The notes: generated from the sequence alone by a model not told the origin. A stretch of DNA of 64,000 bases from an uncultured Dehalococcoidia bacterium (GCA_950072105.1 CATMOE010000010.1:1-64000), one strand, 5' to 3'. Shown: positions 32,069 to 42,719, counted from the stretch's first letter. Program-made: numbers and translations.

Positions 32069-32722
32069 ATGACCGGCAAATCCACCGGCAAGAGCGCCAC
32101 CTCCATACTCCTGGCCACCGGAAATCCGGCCAAGCAGCAGAAACTCGCCTGGCTGGTTGAAGCCCTTAACTTGTCTCCCACGACTCCCCAACAGTTAGGC
32201 CTATCCGGAGTCCCCGAAGAGAAAGGCGGCACCCACCACGAGATTGCCCGGGCCAAAGCGCGAGAGTGGTCGCTGGCGGGGTCAACATTGGCCATCGCCT
32301 CCGACGGCGGCTTGGTCCTTCCGGCGCTGGGCGATAGCTGGGAAAGCCTCTACACCCACCGATTCGCCGGACCGGCGGCCGACGACCAAGAGAGAACGCG
32401 CCGGTTATTGGAGTTGATGGAACCCTACCAAGGCGGCGAACGCGAGGCTTCTTGGGTGGAAGGCTTATGCGTTGCCGACCGGGGCCGGGTATTGGCCTCC
32501 TGGGAACTTCGGGGAGGCACTGGGGTTATCGCCGAAACGCCGGACGACGGCCCCGCGATTCCCGGATTCTGGGCCTTTTCAGTCTGGTATTTCCCTCAAT
32601 TTGGCCGGACTTACAATCAACTCACCCCGGTCGAGCTTGAGTCTCTTGATGACCATTGGACCAGCCTGCGCCGGTTGGTAAGACGGTACTTCCAATCTCA
32701 CTTCGTGTCCACCGGACATTGA
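32069..32722 (+). CDS. Divergent Ham1/RdgB-like pyrophosphatase
   Basis: LLATGNPAK, EE.GGT, ASDGGLVLPALG; the SHR motif is absent. Confidence 0.7.
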   Translation: MTGKSTGKSATSILLATGNPAKQQKLAWLVEALNLSPTTPQQLGLSGVPEEKGGTHHEIARAKAREWSLAGSTLAIASDGGLVLPALGDSWESLYTHRFAGPAADDQERTRRLLELMEPYQGGEREASWVEGLCVADRGRVLASWELRGGTGVIAETPDDGPAIPGFWAFSVWYFPQFGRTYNQLTPVELESLDDHWTSLRRLVRRYFQSHFVSTGH

Positions 32723-32801
32723 TTACCCACCTGTGGTACCCAAGCTCCCGGATACGCTACAATGGTTTCACCCGTTACCACCCTGACTACATTATTGGAG
32801 T

Positions 32802-33758
32802 TTGCCATTGACTTCCGCCATTAAGATGCCCGCCTCCATCGACGAGGTCCAGAAGATTCTCCGCGAGCAGCATTACATCAGCGACCGCAGCTTGGCGGTG
32901 CCCATATTCTTGAGCTTAAAGCTGCAACGGCCCCTGTTCCTAGAGGGTGAGGCCGGTGTCGGCAAAACGGAGATTGCCCGGGCCCTGGCTGCCGCGCTGG
33001 ATACTGAGTTGATCCACCTTCAGTGCTACGAAGGCCTGGACATCAACCACGCCGTCTACGAATGGAATCACGCCCGCCAGATCCTGGAAATACGCCTGAT
33101 GGAATCGTCCGGCCAGGTCGACCGGGAGAGCGCCACCGCCGACCTGTTCAGCGAGCGGTTCTTGATCAAACGCCCCCTTCTGCAGGCCATCGACGAAAGC
33201 CGGGAGAAGTCTCCAGTCCTGCTCATCGACGAGTTGGACCGGGCCGATGAGGAGTTCGAGGGATTCCTGCTGGAGATGCTGGGTAACTTCCAGATCACGA
33301 TTCCAGAATTGGGTACTTACAAGGCAGTCCATCCACCCATCGTTATAATCACCTCCAACCGGACTCGGGAAGTCCACGACGCGCTGAAGCGCCGCTGCCT
33401 GTACTACTGGATAGAATATCCAGACTTCCAGAAAGAGCTCCAAATCATCACCGACAAGATCCCCGAAGCTCCCCGCCAGTTGGCGCAACAGGTGACTGGA
33501 TTCATTCAGGAATTGCGGGAGACCGAACTTTATAAGATTCCGGGGGTGTCGGAAACCCTGGACTGGACGTCGGCCCTCCTGGCTTTAAATCAGTCCGAGT
33601 TGGACCCCCAGGTTATCGACGACACCATGGGTATCGTGCTCAAGTACCAGGACGACATCGAAATGGTGCGAGGCGAGCCGGTGCGGGCCATGTTGGAGCG
33701 GTCCAAAAACCGAGGCCCCCGACGGGGAAGACGGGGTGGCGGCGGTGGCGGTCCGTGA
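32802..33758 (+). CDS. MoxR AAA+ ATPase (CoxD-like)
   Basis: LEGEAGVGKT, LQCYEG, LIDELDR, TSNRTRE, ALKRRC motifs. Confidence 0.92.
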   Translation: MPLTSAIKMPASIDEVQKILREQHYISDRSLAVPIFLSLKLQRPLFLEGEAGVGKTEIARALAAALDTELIHLQCYEGLDINHAVYEWNHARQILEIRLMESSGQVDRESATADLFSERFLIKRPLLQAIDESREKSPVLLIDELDRADEEFEGFLLEMLGNFQITIPELGTYKAVHPPIVIITSNRTREVHDALKRRCLYYWIEYPDFQKELQIITDKIPEAPRQLAQQVTGFIQELRETELYKIPGVSETLDWTSALLALNQSELDPQVIDDTMGIVLKYQDDIEMVRGEPVRAMLERSKNRGPRRGRRGGGGGGP

Positions 33759-35068
33759 CCTCGCCTGCCAACGGCGCCCATCAGGACGACGGCCACATCC
33801 TACACAACCTGATGATGTTCGGCGAGACGTTGCGCAAGATTGGGTTGGACGTGGGTTCAGGCAACATGCTGGACCTGGTTCGTGCGTTGGAGTACACCCC
33901 CATCAGCCTTAAACAGGAATTCCAGCAAGCGGCGCGCTCAATACTGGTCCACCGGAAACAGGACATTGCCCTGTTCGACGAAGCCTTCCAGGTGTTCTGG
34001 CGGCGTCCGGCCAGCGGCCAAACCACCCTCGACCTGCGGTCAATGGGAGAGCAACGCCGTTACCGGAACCCTCAAGTCGCTCCACCTAAGGGCGGCGACG
34101 AGGGTAACAGCACAGCCACCGAGGGAGATGACGATGATGCCGGCGACCGGGTGGACCTGACCAGGACCTACAGCGCCAGGGAAGTGCTGCGGCAGAAAGA
34201 CTTTTCAGACTTCAATGGCTTGGAGATCTCCGAAGCCAAACGAATGATGTCGGACCTGTCTTGGGACCTAGGAAACCGGCGAACCCGCCGGACCGCGCCG
34301 GGAAATGGCTCTTGGATAGACCTGCGCCGCACCCTAAGGCAGAACCTCAAGTACGGCGGCGAACTCTTGGAGTTGCCGCGACGGGAGCGCAAAGACAAGC
34401 CCCGGCACCTGATCTTGATATGCGACGTCAGCGGCTCCATGGAACGGTACACCCGGATGCTGCTACACTTCATCCACTCTGTAGCAAAGGGCCAGCGGCA
34501 GGTGGAGGCATTTTTATTCGCCACCCAGTTAACCCGGATCACCCGGTATCTGAACTACCGCAGCATCGATCAGGCGGTCACTGAAGTGTCCCGGGCCGTC
34601 CCTGACTGGGCCGGGGGCACTCGCATCGGGCAAGCGCTCAAGACGTTCAATTTCCAGTGGTTGCGGCGAGTCCGGGGCAGTGGGGCCGTGGTGCTGGTGA
34701 TTTCCGACGGATGGGACCGGGGCGAGCCGGAGTTGCTATCTCAAGAGATTTCACGGCTGCAACGCAGTTGCCACCGGCTGATCTGGCTCAACCCACTGCT
34801 GGGGTCCGCCGATTACCAACCGTTGACCCGGGGAATCCAAGCCGCTCGACCCTACATAGACGACTTTTTACCGGTCAACAACCTAAATAGCCTGGATGCC
34901 CTTGCTCAACACTTGAGCAACCTGAATCCTCAACGCAGTCTCGGACCCCGTTACCGTCCTCCACTGCCCGACGAGCCGGCCCCCGAGGCATCGACAACCG
35001 AACGCCAGGAGATCAATCCGGCCCTCGGGCCCACATTCCGGCATCCGCTGTGGGGCCGCAATCCATAA
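33755..35068 (+). CDS. VWA domain protein (CoxE-like)
   Basis: CDVSGSM MIDAS, GGTRIG, ISDGWD, WLNPL; GTGA overlap with the ATPase gene. Confidence 0.92.
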   Translation: MTSPANGAHQDDGHILHNLMMFGETLRKIGLDVGSGNMLDLVRALEYTPISLKQEFQQAARSILVHRKQDIALFDEAFQVFWRRPASGQTTLDLRSMGEQRRYRNPQVAPPKGGDEGNSTATEGDDDDAGDRVDLTRTYSAREVLRQKDFSDFNGLEISEAKRMMSDLSWDLGNRRTRRTAPGNGSWIDLRRTLRQNLKYGGELLELPRRERKDKPRHLILICDVSGSMERYTRMLLHFIHSVAKGQRQVEAFLFATQLTRITRYLNYRSIDQAVTEVSRAVPDWAGGTRIGQALKTFNFQWLRRVRGSGAVVLVISDGWDRGEPELLSQEISRLQRSCHRLIWLNPLLGSADYQPLTRGIQAARPYIDDFLPVNNLNSLDALAQHLSNLNPQRSLGPRYRPPLPDEPAPEASTTERQEINPALGPTFRHPLWGRNP

Positions 35069-35101
35069 CCTATGCCCTGCTATATGAATCAAGAGGTTTA
35101 G

Positions 35102-35803
35102 ATGCCCTCCTGTCCTTACTGCGCTCATCAGGTCGAATCGAATCACATTTTCTGCGGCGGTTGCGGCAAGGCCCTCCCCGCGGAATCCACCGCAGACCCC
35201 GAAGAGGCGCTGACCGGGCAGCCACCGCGCACTTTGGCCTACCGGATCTCGCCAACCCGTATCCTGGTGATGACGTTCCTGTCCGACGGGCTCTATCTGT
35301 TCTATTGGTTCTACATCACGTGGCAACAATATCGAGACCACACCGGAAACCAAGTGTTCCCCATGTGGCACACTTTGAGCCTAATGATTCCAATCTACGG
35401 GCTATTCCGTACTCACGCCCACATGCGCTCTTTCAAGGAACTGATGCAAGACGCCGGCGTTTTTTGCTCCATCGCAGTAGGATGGGCAGTAGTTCTCGTT
35501 TTGATCTCCACCGCGTTGGATAATGCATCACTCAGGGTAAATGGGGGCTTTTTCAATTTCGGTGAAGTCTCGTTTGGGGCTGCCTTGATCAGCGCCTTGC
35601 TGGACCTGGCATCCATCGCTGTTGTTTTGGGGCTTCTTTTACACGTTCAGCAGAACTTGAACCGGTACTGGGCCAGCCTGGACAACGTGACTCTGGTTGA
35701 CCTGAACGTTGGTGCGGGAGAGGTTATCCTAGCCGTCGTCGGGGTCCTAACCTGGATAATTAGCTTGATTAGCATCATCAGCCCGGCATTTCGGACGCTT
35801 TAA
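35102..35803 (+). CDS. Zinc-ribbon membrane protein (DUF4234-like)
   Basis: CPYC...CGGC, then GLYLFYWFY and TM segments. Confidence 0.75.
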   Translation: MPSCPYCAHQVESNHIFCGGCGKALPAESTADPEEALTGQPPRTLAYRISPTRILVMTFLSDGLYLFYWFYITWQQYRDHTGNQVFPMWHTLSLMIPIYGLFRTHAHMRSFKELMQDAGVFCSIAVGWAVVLVLISTALDNASLRVNGGFFNFGEVSFGAALISALLDLASIAVVLGLLLHVQQNLNRYWASLDNVTLVDLNVGAGEVILAVVGVLTWIISLISIISPAFRTL

Positions 35804-35853
35804 CCGGCGGGCAAACCGCCCTTGGCGATCACGACCCGCCAGGGACATCTCGG

Positions 35854-36570
35854 TCAGCGGCTCAAGCTGAATCGCTCCCGCAGACCGAGCTCCACGATGA
35901 CAAAGGCCGCCCCCGCCAACAGACCTCCGGCAACTGCGTCCAGGATGAAATGATTGCCGGTGATGGTGATCGCCAAGAAGGTAACTCCCGGATACAAAAT
36001 CCCCAAATATTTCGCCCACCCCGGTAGACTCCGCAGGCACAGAACACCCAGGATAACCGTCCAGCAGAAGTGGAGGCTGGGCATGGCGGCGTCGAGATTG
36101 TAGGTGGGAGCCATCGCTGGCCCCCCGTATAAGGAAGGTCCCAGAACTTGGATGGTATTTACAAAATGGGCGGTCATACCGAAAGGCGGAGAAACCGGGA
36201 AAATAGCGAAAACCAACAATGCGAGTACCAGGCTGACCGCGACAACCGTCCGGTAGTAGTAAAACCGGGACCGGCTCCGAATGAAAAGGACTAGGCCCAC
36301 TCCCAAGACAACAGGCCAGTAAGTAATGATGTAAACCCAGTTCAGAACTACCACCAGGATTTCGGCGTTTCCCAGCATCCAGGCTTGCCACGCCGGTTCC
36401 CAGAACATCCCGACCTTTCTTTCCAAGGAGACGACTCGGAGGGCGTTTTGCAGTCCGGCTTCGTCCGGTTGGGAATAGAACAACCCCCGGGTAATCAGGT
36501 AAATAAGATAGAACCCAATTATCAGTCCCAAGTCGGCGGCATGGGGCTTCCATATCCGCAAATGCTTCAC
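35854..36570 (-). CDS. PAP2 superfamily (AUR1/IPT-like) membrane protein
   Basis: AAMPSLH and TGNHFILD motifs; start uncertain (GTG at 36570). Confidence 0.85.
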   Translation of the reverse strand: MKHLRIWKPHAADLGLIIGFYLIYLITRGLFYSQPDEAGLQNALRVVSLERKVGMFWEPAWQAWMLGNAEILVVVLNWVYIITYWPVVLGVGLVLFIRSRSRFYYYRTVVAVSLVLALLVFAIFPVSPPFGMTAHFVNTIQVLGPSLYGGPAMAPTYNLDAAMPSLHFCWTVILGVLCLRSLPGWAKYLGILYPGVTFLAITITGNHFILDAVAGGLLAGAAFVIVELGLRERFSLSR

Positions 36571-36792
36571 CCCAATCGTTCCAGCGCATCGGCCATTTTG
36601 GAAATCTCTATTCCTCGACCATGCTACTCTGCGCATCTGGCTGCTTCAACTGCCAGCCTTGGGGATTACTTCTCATGCCGCCAACCTTTCCGGATAGCGT
36701 TTGACTGGCTACGGAACGGATAGTATCCTTGGGCCTGCTCCATCAAATGGGGCTAGTCGCCTGCCTCAATCAGTTTGGAGGGACCGGGCCAC

Positions 36793-37257
36793 ATGGCTTC
36801 CAGAAACCGCGTGTTCACCGATGATCAGAGAGACTTGCTGTCCAACGTCCTAAACCGGCTCATCCCGCCGGAAGGCGAGCTACCCGGCGCGGGCGATCTG
36901 GGTTTAGCCGCCTTTCTGGAGGGAGTGGTCGAAGGGGAAGCCCGAAAAAATAGAATGTTCAATGAGGGGCTGGCACAGATAGAGATCGCCGCCGTGATCA
37001 GGGAACCGTCCGGCTTTCAAGCCCTCAACGACGAAGGAAAAGACGCGGCTCTGAAAGAGGTTGAGGCATCACATCCGGAGTTCTTTGACGAATTGGTGCG
37101 GCAGACCTACAACGGGTATTATACCAATCCCAACATCTTCCAGCTCATCGGTTACCCGGAACGACTCGCTCAGGGGACCAGCGGCAGCCTAGACTTACTG
37201 GACGAGAGCCTTCTGGAACAACAGCGAAAGCGAGCGCCTTTTTGGAGAAAATCCTAA
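36793..37257 (+). CDS. Gluconate 2-dehydrogenase subunit 3 family protein
   Basis: RLIPP..PGAGDLG, FFDEL...GYYTNP...IGY pattern. Confidence 0.75.
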   Translation: MASRNRVFTDDQRDLLSNVLNRLIPPEGELPGAGDLGLAAFLEGVVEGEARKNRMFNEGLAQIEIAAVIREPSGFQALNDEGKDAALKEVEASHPEFFDELVRQTYNGYYTNPNIFQLIGYPERLAQGTSGSLDLLDESLLEQQRKRAPFWRKS

Positions 37258-37375
37258 CCGTAGCCGTATATCGTCCGGAAATCCACATTCGATTGGCAAG
37301 CAGCAACTAACGGGGATATCCCCACCGTTGCAAGCCTGATTCCCATTCTGCGATCATCCGGTTTCTAAGCCAACA

Positions 37376-38281
37376 TCAGGCCGTTAGAGCCAACTCTAGC
37401 TGGCGCTGCTGTCCCCGGAGATTTTTCGTGGGCTCCATCACCTGTAGACCCCATTCCCATCGGGCCTTGTCCACCGCTTTGAGCACCATGCTGGTGTAGT
37501 CCTTTGGAGCGTAGGTCTTACGATACATCTTGTCGTACGCCGTGGTCAGGTGCGGGTAGGTTTCTCGAAGCATCGGCATGAACCACTCTTTAGAGCCGGG
37601 CTTCAAGAACAATACGTTGGCTCCCAAGAATTGAGCCTTATGCTCGGCAGCGGCGGCAGCCACTTCGTTGATGCTTTCTTCGCTGTCCGAGATACCGGGA
37701 AGCAGGGGAGCCATCATAACCCCGGCGGTTATCCCGTTCTCCACCAGGAACTGCATGGCCTCCATGCGGGCCATGGGTCCGGGGGCCCCTGGCTCATTAG
37801 TCTTCCAGACCTGCTCGTCCATGCTGCCGATACTGAAGTTGATCCTCACGTCAGCCACTTCGCTCAGTTCTTGCAAAACGTCCAGGTCCCGGCGCACCAG
37901 AACCCCTTTGGTGGTCAAGGATGCCGGGTTGCCGAACTCGGTGAGCACTTGCAGGATTCGCCTGGTCAACCCGTACTCTGCTTCGGCGGGTTCGTAGGGG
38001 TCCGACGCAGTGCCTATGGCAATAGCCTCTCCCATCCACCTGGGCCGCCTTAGCTCCTCCCGAAGAACCTCCGGGGCGTTAACCTTGGCGAAAACCCTCT
38101 GCTCGAACTCCAATCCGGAGTCCATTCCCCAGTATTCGTGGGTAGGCCGGGCGTAACAGTAAGTGCAGGCGTGGCGGCAGCCGCGGTAGGGATTCAACGT
38201 CCACCGGAAGGGAAACCCCGGGACGTCCAAACGGTTGAGCATAGACTTGCAGTGGATTTCCTGTACGTCAGCGCCTGCCAT
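37376..38281 (-). CDS. Radical SAM protein (Rv2578c / SplB-like)
   Basis: LNPYRGCRHACTYCYAR, SDPYEPAE motifs. Confidence 0.88.
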   Translation of the reverse strand: MAGADVQEIHCKSMLNRLDVPGFPFRWTLNPYRGCRHACTYCYARPTHEYWGMDSGLEFEQRVFAKVNAPEVLREELRRPRWMGEAIAIGTASDPYEPAEAEYGLTRRILQVLTEFGNPASLTTKGVLVRRDLDVLQELSEVADVRINFSIGSMDEQVWKTNEPGAPGPMARMEAMQFLVENGITAGVMMAPLLPGISDSEESINEVAAAAAEHKAQFLGANVLFLKPGSKEWFMPMLRETYPHLTTAYDKMYRKTYAPKDYTSMVLKAVDKARWEWGLQVMEPTKNLRGQQRQLELALTA

Positions 38282-38301
38282 GGAGACTCCTTAAGTAGGG
38301 C

Positions 38302-38353
38302 AACAAATTAACTCATTTGTTCTAATACTAAGGGCGGCCACACTCAAGGTCAA
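38302..38353 (-). promoter_or_regulatory. Promoter with downstream inverted repeat
   Basis: Minus strand TTGACC-17 nt-TAGTAT, followed by AACAAAT-N6-ATTTGTT. Confidence 0.55.
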
Positions 38354-38473
38354 GGGAAGGATGTCATATTTGTCGTGGTACGATCGGCCCGGCTCTCACA
38401 AGCCGGCCGTCTTAGAGGCACGGTTAAGTGCGGGTGAAAACCCGGTATCAAGGTTTACGGGATCAGAGGAACC

Positions 38474-39877
38474 CTACCGCCGATAGAGGTTTCCAGCGGA
38501 GGTTCGTTCGCAGTTCAGACGGCGGTTCAGGTGCAAGCCTTCCAGGATAAAGTCCACCGCTGAGGCTACAACCTCGGCTCTCTCGTCGCTGGTCAATTGC
38601 TTCACGGCGTCGGCCAATCCGTCAACCTCCGTCAGCAATGCCATATATTCGGCGGCCGGCTTTTCGCTACTCGTCTCCGCCGTGTGGCCCATATCGAATG
38701 CCGTAACGATCCGCTCCAACTGGTCCACGTCAAACCGTGAGCCGAAGATACGCAGCACGGCGCGGCGCGTAAGATCGTCGGTAACCCGGCTTTCCCGGCC
38801 TTCCTCAAAGGTTTCCAGTTCTATCTTGCCGGAAAACGAAGCCACGATATACGGCAGGTCGGTGGTCCTGGGACAGACCCATTGATCACCGTGGATGATT
38901 GAGCGGCGCAGCGCGTTTCCCAACAGCGTTTCGTAGTTGGAGATGGATACTCGAACACTCACTCCGGAGCGCTGATTGATCTCGCTACTCTCCCTTGCCT
39001 GACTGGTGATCTCCGCCAGAATCTCTTTTATGTAGTCCGGAATCACCATGCTGTCCTCGTCGGGGAACCGGGTCCGCTCCTGATCCATGATGGTGATTTC
39101 GTCTTCAGTGGTCTTGGGGTAGTGGGTATGGATCTGAGACCCGTAGCGGTCTTTCAGCGGCGTCACGATGCGTCCGCGGTTGGTGTAGTCCTCTGGGTTA
39201 GCGGTGGAAACCACGTAAACGTCCAAGGGCAACCGGATGCGGTAACCCTTGATCTGCACGTCACGCTCTTCCATGAGATTGAACAACCCCACCTGGATGC
39301 GCTCGGCTAGATCGGGCAGCTCATTGATACAAAAGATTCCCCGGTTGGTGCGCGGCACCAGACCGTAGTGGATAACCAACTCATCCGAAAGGTAATGCCC
39401 TTCGGCGACCTTGATCGGGTCGATCTCACCGATAAGGTCGGCGATGGAGATGTCCGGAGTGGCTAGTTTCTCCGAATAACGCTCGTCTCTGGAAAGCCAT
39501 TGGATCCCGGTTTCGTCTCCGTCGGCGGCGATTTTATCCCGGCAGACCCGGCAGACCGGGGCGTAGGGGTTATCGTTTATCTCGCAGTCCGCGATCTTAG
39601 GAATCGATTCGTCCAACAGTGTGACCAGACTGCGGATCACCCGGGACTTGGCCTGGCCTCGCTCTCCAAGAAGAATCACGTCCTGGCCTGCCAAGATGGC
39701 GTTCTCCAGTTGAGGAATGACTGTATGCTCAAAGCCAATTATGCCGGGGAAAACGATCTCTTCCGCTTTGATCTTGGCTATAAGATTCTTGCGCATCTCT
39801 TCGCGTACCGGTATCACCTGATAACCGCTGGCACGCAGTTCTCCGATGGTTCCTGGCAAGGTCGTTGAGGTCATCAT
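38474..39877 (-). CDS. Mg-chelatase subunit I-like AAA+ ATPase
   Basis: GERGQAKSR, NELPDL, TANPEDYTNRGR motifs. Confidence 0.85.
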   Translation of the reverse strand: MMTSTTLPGTIGELRASGYQVIPVREEMRKNLIAKIKAEEIVFPGIIGFEHTVIPQLENAILAGQDVILLGERGQAKSRVIRSLVTLLDESIPKIADCEINDNPYAPVCRVCRDKIAADGDETGIQWLSRDERYSEKLATPDISIADLIGEIDPIKVAEGHYLSDELVIHYGLVPRTNRGIFCINELPDLAERIQVGLFNLMEERDVQIKGYRIRLPLDVYVVSTANPEDYTNRGRIVTPLKDRYGSQIHTHYPKTTEDEITIMDQERTRFPDEDSMVIPDYIKEILAEITSQARESSEINQRSGVSVRVSISNYETLLGNALRRSIIHGDQWVCPRTTDLPYIVASFSGKIELETFEEGRESRVTDDLTRRAVLRIFGSRFDVDQLERIVTAFDMGHTAETSSEKPAAEYMALLTEVDGLADAVKQLTSDERAEVVASAVDFILEGLHLNRRLNCERTSAGNLYRR

Positions 39878-40145
39878 TAAAGCTCCGCTTCAGAATCGTA
39901 TCAGTATAGCCCATGCAGGCTGGAGGCGATAGAGAATGCCATAACCATCGGTCGATCTGTTCAGATGCCCCAGCTGTATTGCAAATGTTACGTTTGGGAG
40001 GAAGTAATAAGTTTCGCGAACCAAGCTTCCAGCCTCACAGGGTGGCCCAGCAAGGTAGGATTGGCTAGAGATAATTTCCAAGCAGCGGCGCCTTAGTCTA
40101 TAATTACTATTAAGAAACCATCAAGAACCGTCCTTTCGGAGCAGC

Positions 40146-40520
40146 GTGATGTTCCATCGACTCGCCCTTCCATTAATATTCTTCCTGTTCCCCCGCGTGG
40201 GGCCGCCTCTTTTCCGGTTCATCAGGCTCATTTGGCGGCTGAACTTCGACAAGCGCGTGCCCCTGGTTTTGCGGGCATTGGTTCCGCTGGCCATCGTTTA
40301 CTTTCTGCTTCCCATTGATTTGATACCGGACACCCTTGGCTATCTGGGCAAATTCGACGACCTTATTATCTTGGCGATGGCGGCGTTGCTGTTGACGAAG
40401 CTGGCGCCGCGGCACGTGGTAGACGAGCACAGTGGCAACAAGCCGAAAGATGACCGTCCCCAAGAAAAGGACCCTGACAAGATTGTGGAGGGGTCCTCCC
40501 ACATCGTCGACGATGAGTAA
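40146..40520 (+). CDS. DUF1232 / YkvA membrane protein
   Basis: YFLLPIDLIPD..LGKFDD. Confidence 0.88.
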   Translation: MMFHRLALPLIFFLFPRVGPPLFRFIRLIWRLNFDKRVPLVLRALVPLAIVYFLLPIDLIPDTLGYLGKFDDLIILAMAALLLTKLAPRHVVDEHSGNKPKDDRPQEKDPDKIVEGSSHIVDDE

Positions 40521-40589
40521 TCCTCGAGAATCCCGGCGAACAGCCGGAATTTAATCCCATTTTCAAGCCGCTTGAATACACGCCGATAA

Positions 40590-41819
40590 ATGCTAGCTGA
40601 TCCCACTTCCCCGACGTCCATCGTCCCGCCATCTGGGATGGCCCTCTACATCCATGTCCCCTTCTGCAAGACGAAGTGCCCCTACTGCGACTTCAATACC
40701 TACCAAGGTATCGAACGGATGATGGATCCTTATATGGGCGCCGTGACTCAAGAAATCACCCAGTGGGGGCGGGTGCTGGAAGGGGCGTCCATAAACTCGG
40801 TGTTTTTCGGTGGGGGTACGCCATCTTATCTCAAAGAAGGTTCCATCGACCGCATATTGGAGTCGGCTCGCTCCTCTTTCCAGCTTAAGGACGGCGCGGA
40901 AATCACGATAGAAGCCAACCCCGGCGACCTGGACCTGCCAGCCTGTCAGCGGCTGATTAACGCCGGGGTTAACCGTCTCAGCATTGGTGTGCAGAGTCTG
41001 GACAACGAATTATTGAGTCTCCTGGGCCGCCGTCACGACGCCGATCAAGCCATGGCGGCTCTGGCAATCGCCCGGAGCGGCGGGTTTTCCAACATCAACC
41101 TGGATTTTATGTACGGACTGCCTCACCAGACGATGCTCCAGTGGCAGGACACCATGCAGCGTATGGTGTCCCAGCATCCCGACCACATTTCCCTATATTG
41201 CCTCACCCTTGAAGAAGGCACGCCGCTGCATCGATGGGTTGAAACGGGAAAGCTTCCCCAGGCTGACGAGGACCTGGCCGCCGACATGTATCACTACGCC
41301 GCCGATCTGATGGAACAAGAAGGCTACCAACATTACGAGATCTCCAACTGGTGCCTGCCAGGCTCTGAGTGCCGGCACAATCTGTGCTACTGGCTCAATC
41401 AACCGTATCTTGGCGTTGGTCCCGGAGCTCACTCCAGCCTAGGCGCGTACCGTTTCTGGGACATTTCTTCCCCCGGAACCTACATCGCTTCGGTCAACGA
41501 CTGGGCAACCAAGAACCCCCAGCCGGCCATCGGACTAACCGAAGAGGTCTTGAATAGCGTATTGCCCGTGGACCACCACGAACACATCGATGAGAACACT
41601 TTCTTGGCGGAGACCATGTTTTTGGGACTACGGCTGCTTGAAGGCATGGATCTAGCCGAAGTCTCAGCCCGCATAGGAATAGACCTGGGCGAGCGTTACC
41701 GGTCGGAGATCCAGGACCTCACCGAATTGGGGCTGCTGGAGCAAGAAGGACCTCTGCTACGCCTAACCAAACCAGCCCACCTGATCGCCAACCAGGTTTT
41801 CACCCGGTTCGTTGGGTGA
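40590..41819 (+). CDS. hemW: Radical SAM heme chaperone HemW
   Basis: LYIHVPFCKTKCPYCDF, GGGTPS, EANP, YEISN, HNLCYW motifs. Confidence 0.93.
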   Translation: MLADPTSPTSIVPPSGMALYIHVPFCKTKCPYCDFNTYQGIERMMDPYMGAVTQEITQWGRVLEGASINSVFFGGGTPSYLKEGSIDRILESARSSFQLKDGAEITIEANPGDLDLPACQRLINAGVNRLSIGVQSLDNELLSLLGRRHDADQAMAALAIARSGGFSNINLDFMYGLPHQTMLQWQDTMQRMVSQHPDHISLYCLTLEEGTPLHRWVETGKLPQADEDLAADMYHYAADLMEQEGYQHYEISNWCLPGSECRHNLCYWLNQPYLGVGPGAHSSLGAYRFWDISSPGTYIASVNDWATKNPQPAIGLTEEVLNSVLPVDHHEHIDENTFLAETMFLGLRLLEGMDLAEVSARIGIDLGERYRSEIQDLTELGLLEQEGPLLRLTKPAHLIANQVFTRFVG

Positions 41820-41828
41820 GTTTGGGGC

Positions 41829-42161
41829 ATGCTGCTTCCCCGTCGCGAGAGCGCGTACATTCCACCCGCAAAATTAACCGGGTATCTCCTATCTGAAACA
41901 CACCCTGTTGGCAGATTTAAGGCTCGATTTTTTTATGCCGTCGGATACGATTCCACTAATGCCCAATCACTTGAGCGGGCGTTGATCAACATCGCCCATG
42001 AACAGGAAGTCACTGATACTATTTCCACGTCCTACGGTACAATATATGTCATAGACGGTACTCTCCAAACACCGAGGGGAACCGATTTACAAATTAGAAC
42101 AGTGTGGATCATAGTGCCAGGTGAATCTAGTTCGCGATTGGTAACCGCCTATCCAGGTTGA
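41829..42161 (+). CDS. DUF6883-like putative toxin/nuclease domain protein
   Basis: KLTGYLL..HPVG..KARFF, YGT.Y, RTVWI, RLVTAYP; AT-richer than flanks. Confidence 0.75.
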   Translation: MLLPRRESAYIPPAKLTGYLLSETHPVGRFKARFFYAVGYDSTNAQSLERALINIAHEQEVTDTISTSYGTIYVIDGTLQTPRGTDLQIRTVWIIVPGESSSRLVTAYPG

Positions 42162-42183
42162 GCGTTCATCGGGGAGAGTTTTT

Positions 42184-42414
42184 ATGGTTAAAGAGCTAGA
42201 CACCGTCGTCCTGACCCACGCCATAAAAGAACACGGACTGGAAGGTGGCGATATCGGAGCGGTAGTTCATTGCTATCCCGAGGGAACTGCTTTTGAAGTC
42301 GAGTTCCTCACCGCCGAGGGCAAAACCATAGCTTTGCTTACCCTAGACGAGACTGACGTCCGGCCCATGGGCGGCAGCGAGATCCTCCACGTTCGAGAAT
42401 TCACGCCGGTGTAG
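42184..42414 (+). CDS. DUF4926 protein (putative immunity/antitoxin)
   Basis: ELDTVVL..GDIGAVVH..FEVEF..G.T pattern. Confidence 0.85.
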   Translation: MVKELDTVVLTHAIKEHGLEGGDIGAVVHCYPEGTAFEVEFLTAEGKTIALLTLDETDVRPMGGSEILHVREFTPV

Positions 42415-42560
42415 CAGAATTCCGGAAATCGCATATGGTGCGACCCTACGTTTCTCACTACCAGTTAGGGATTCCTTCAATTGATAGCTCAGGCGTATGG
42501 GTTTGGCTACCCCATTCTCGCCGCCGATGCTATTCTTTAGGGACACCGCCCTCAAGGACT

Positions 42561-42697
42561 AACCGCCCATGTACGTAATCGGCACCGCGGGCCACGTGGA
42601 CCACGGCAAGTCTACCTTGGTCAAAGCCCTGACCAACATTGATCCCGACCGGCTCAAAGAGGAAAAAGAGCAGGTAGTGACAGTTCTTCCGAGATAA
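42561..42697 (+). pseudogene. selB: Truncated duplicate of the selB 5' end (42-aa ORF, ATG 42569)
   Basis: 42561-42671 matches 43595-43705 at 107/111 nt; reads [34 protein letters not shown], then QVVTVLPR*. Confidence 0.92.
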
Positions 42698-42719
42698 TCA
42701 TCGCTTAGAAAGATTCAAT

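Noticed and set aside
32802..35068. CO dehydrogenase locus
   Set aside because: Only CoxD/CoxE-like chaperones are present; no coxLMS genes in the window.
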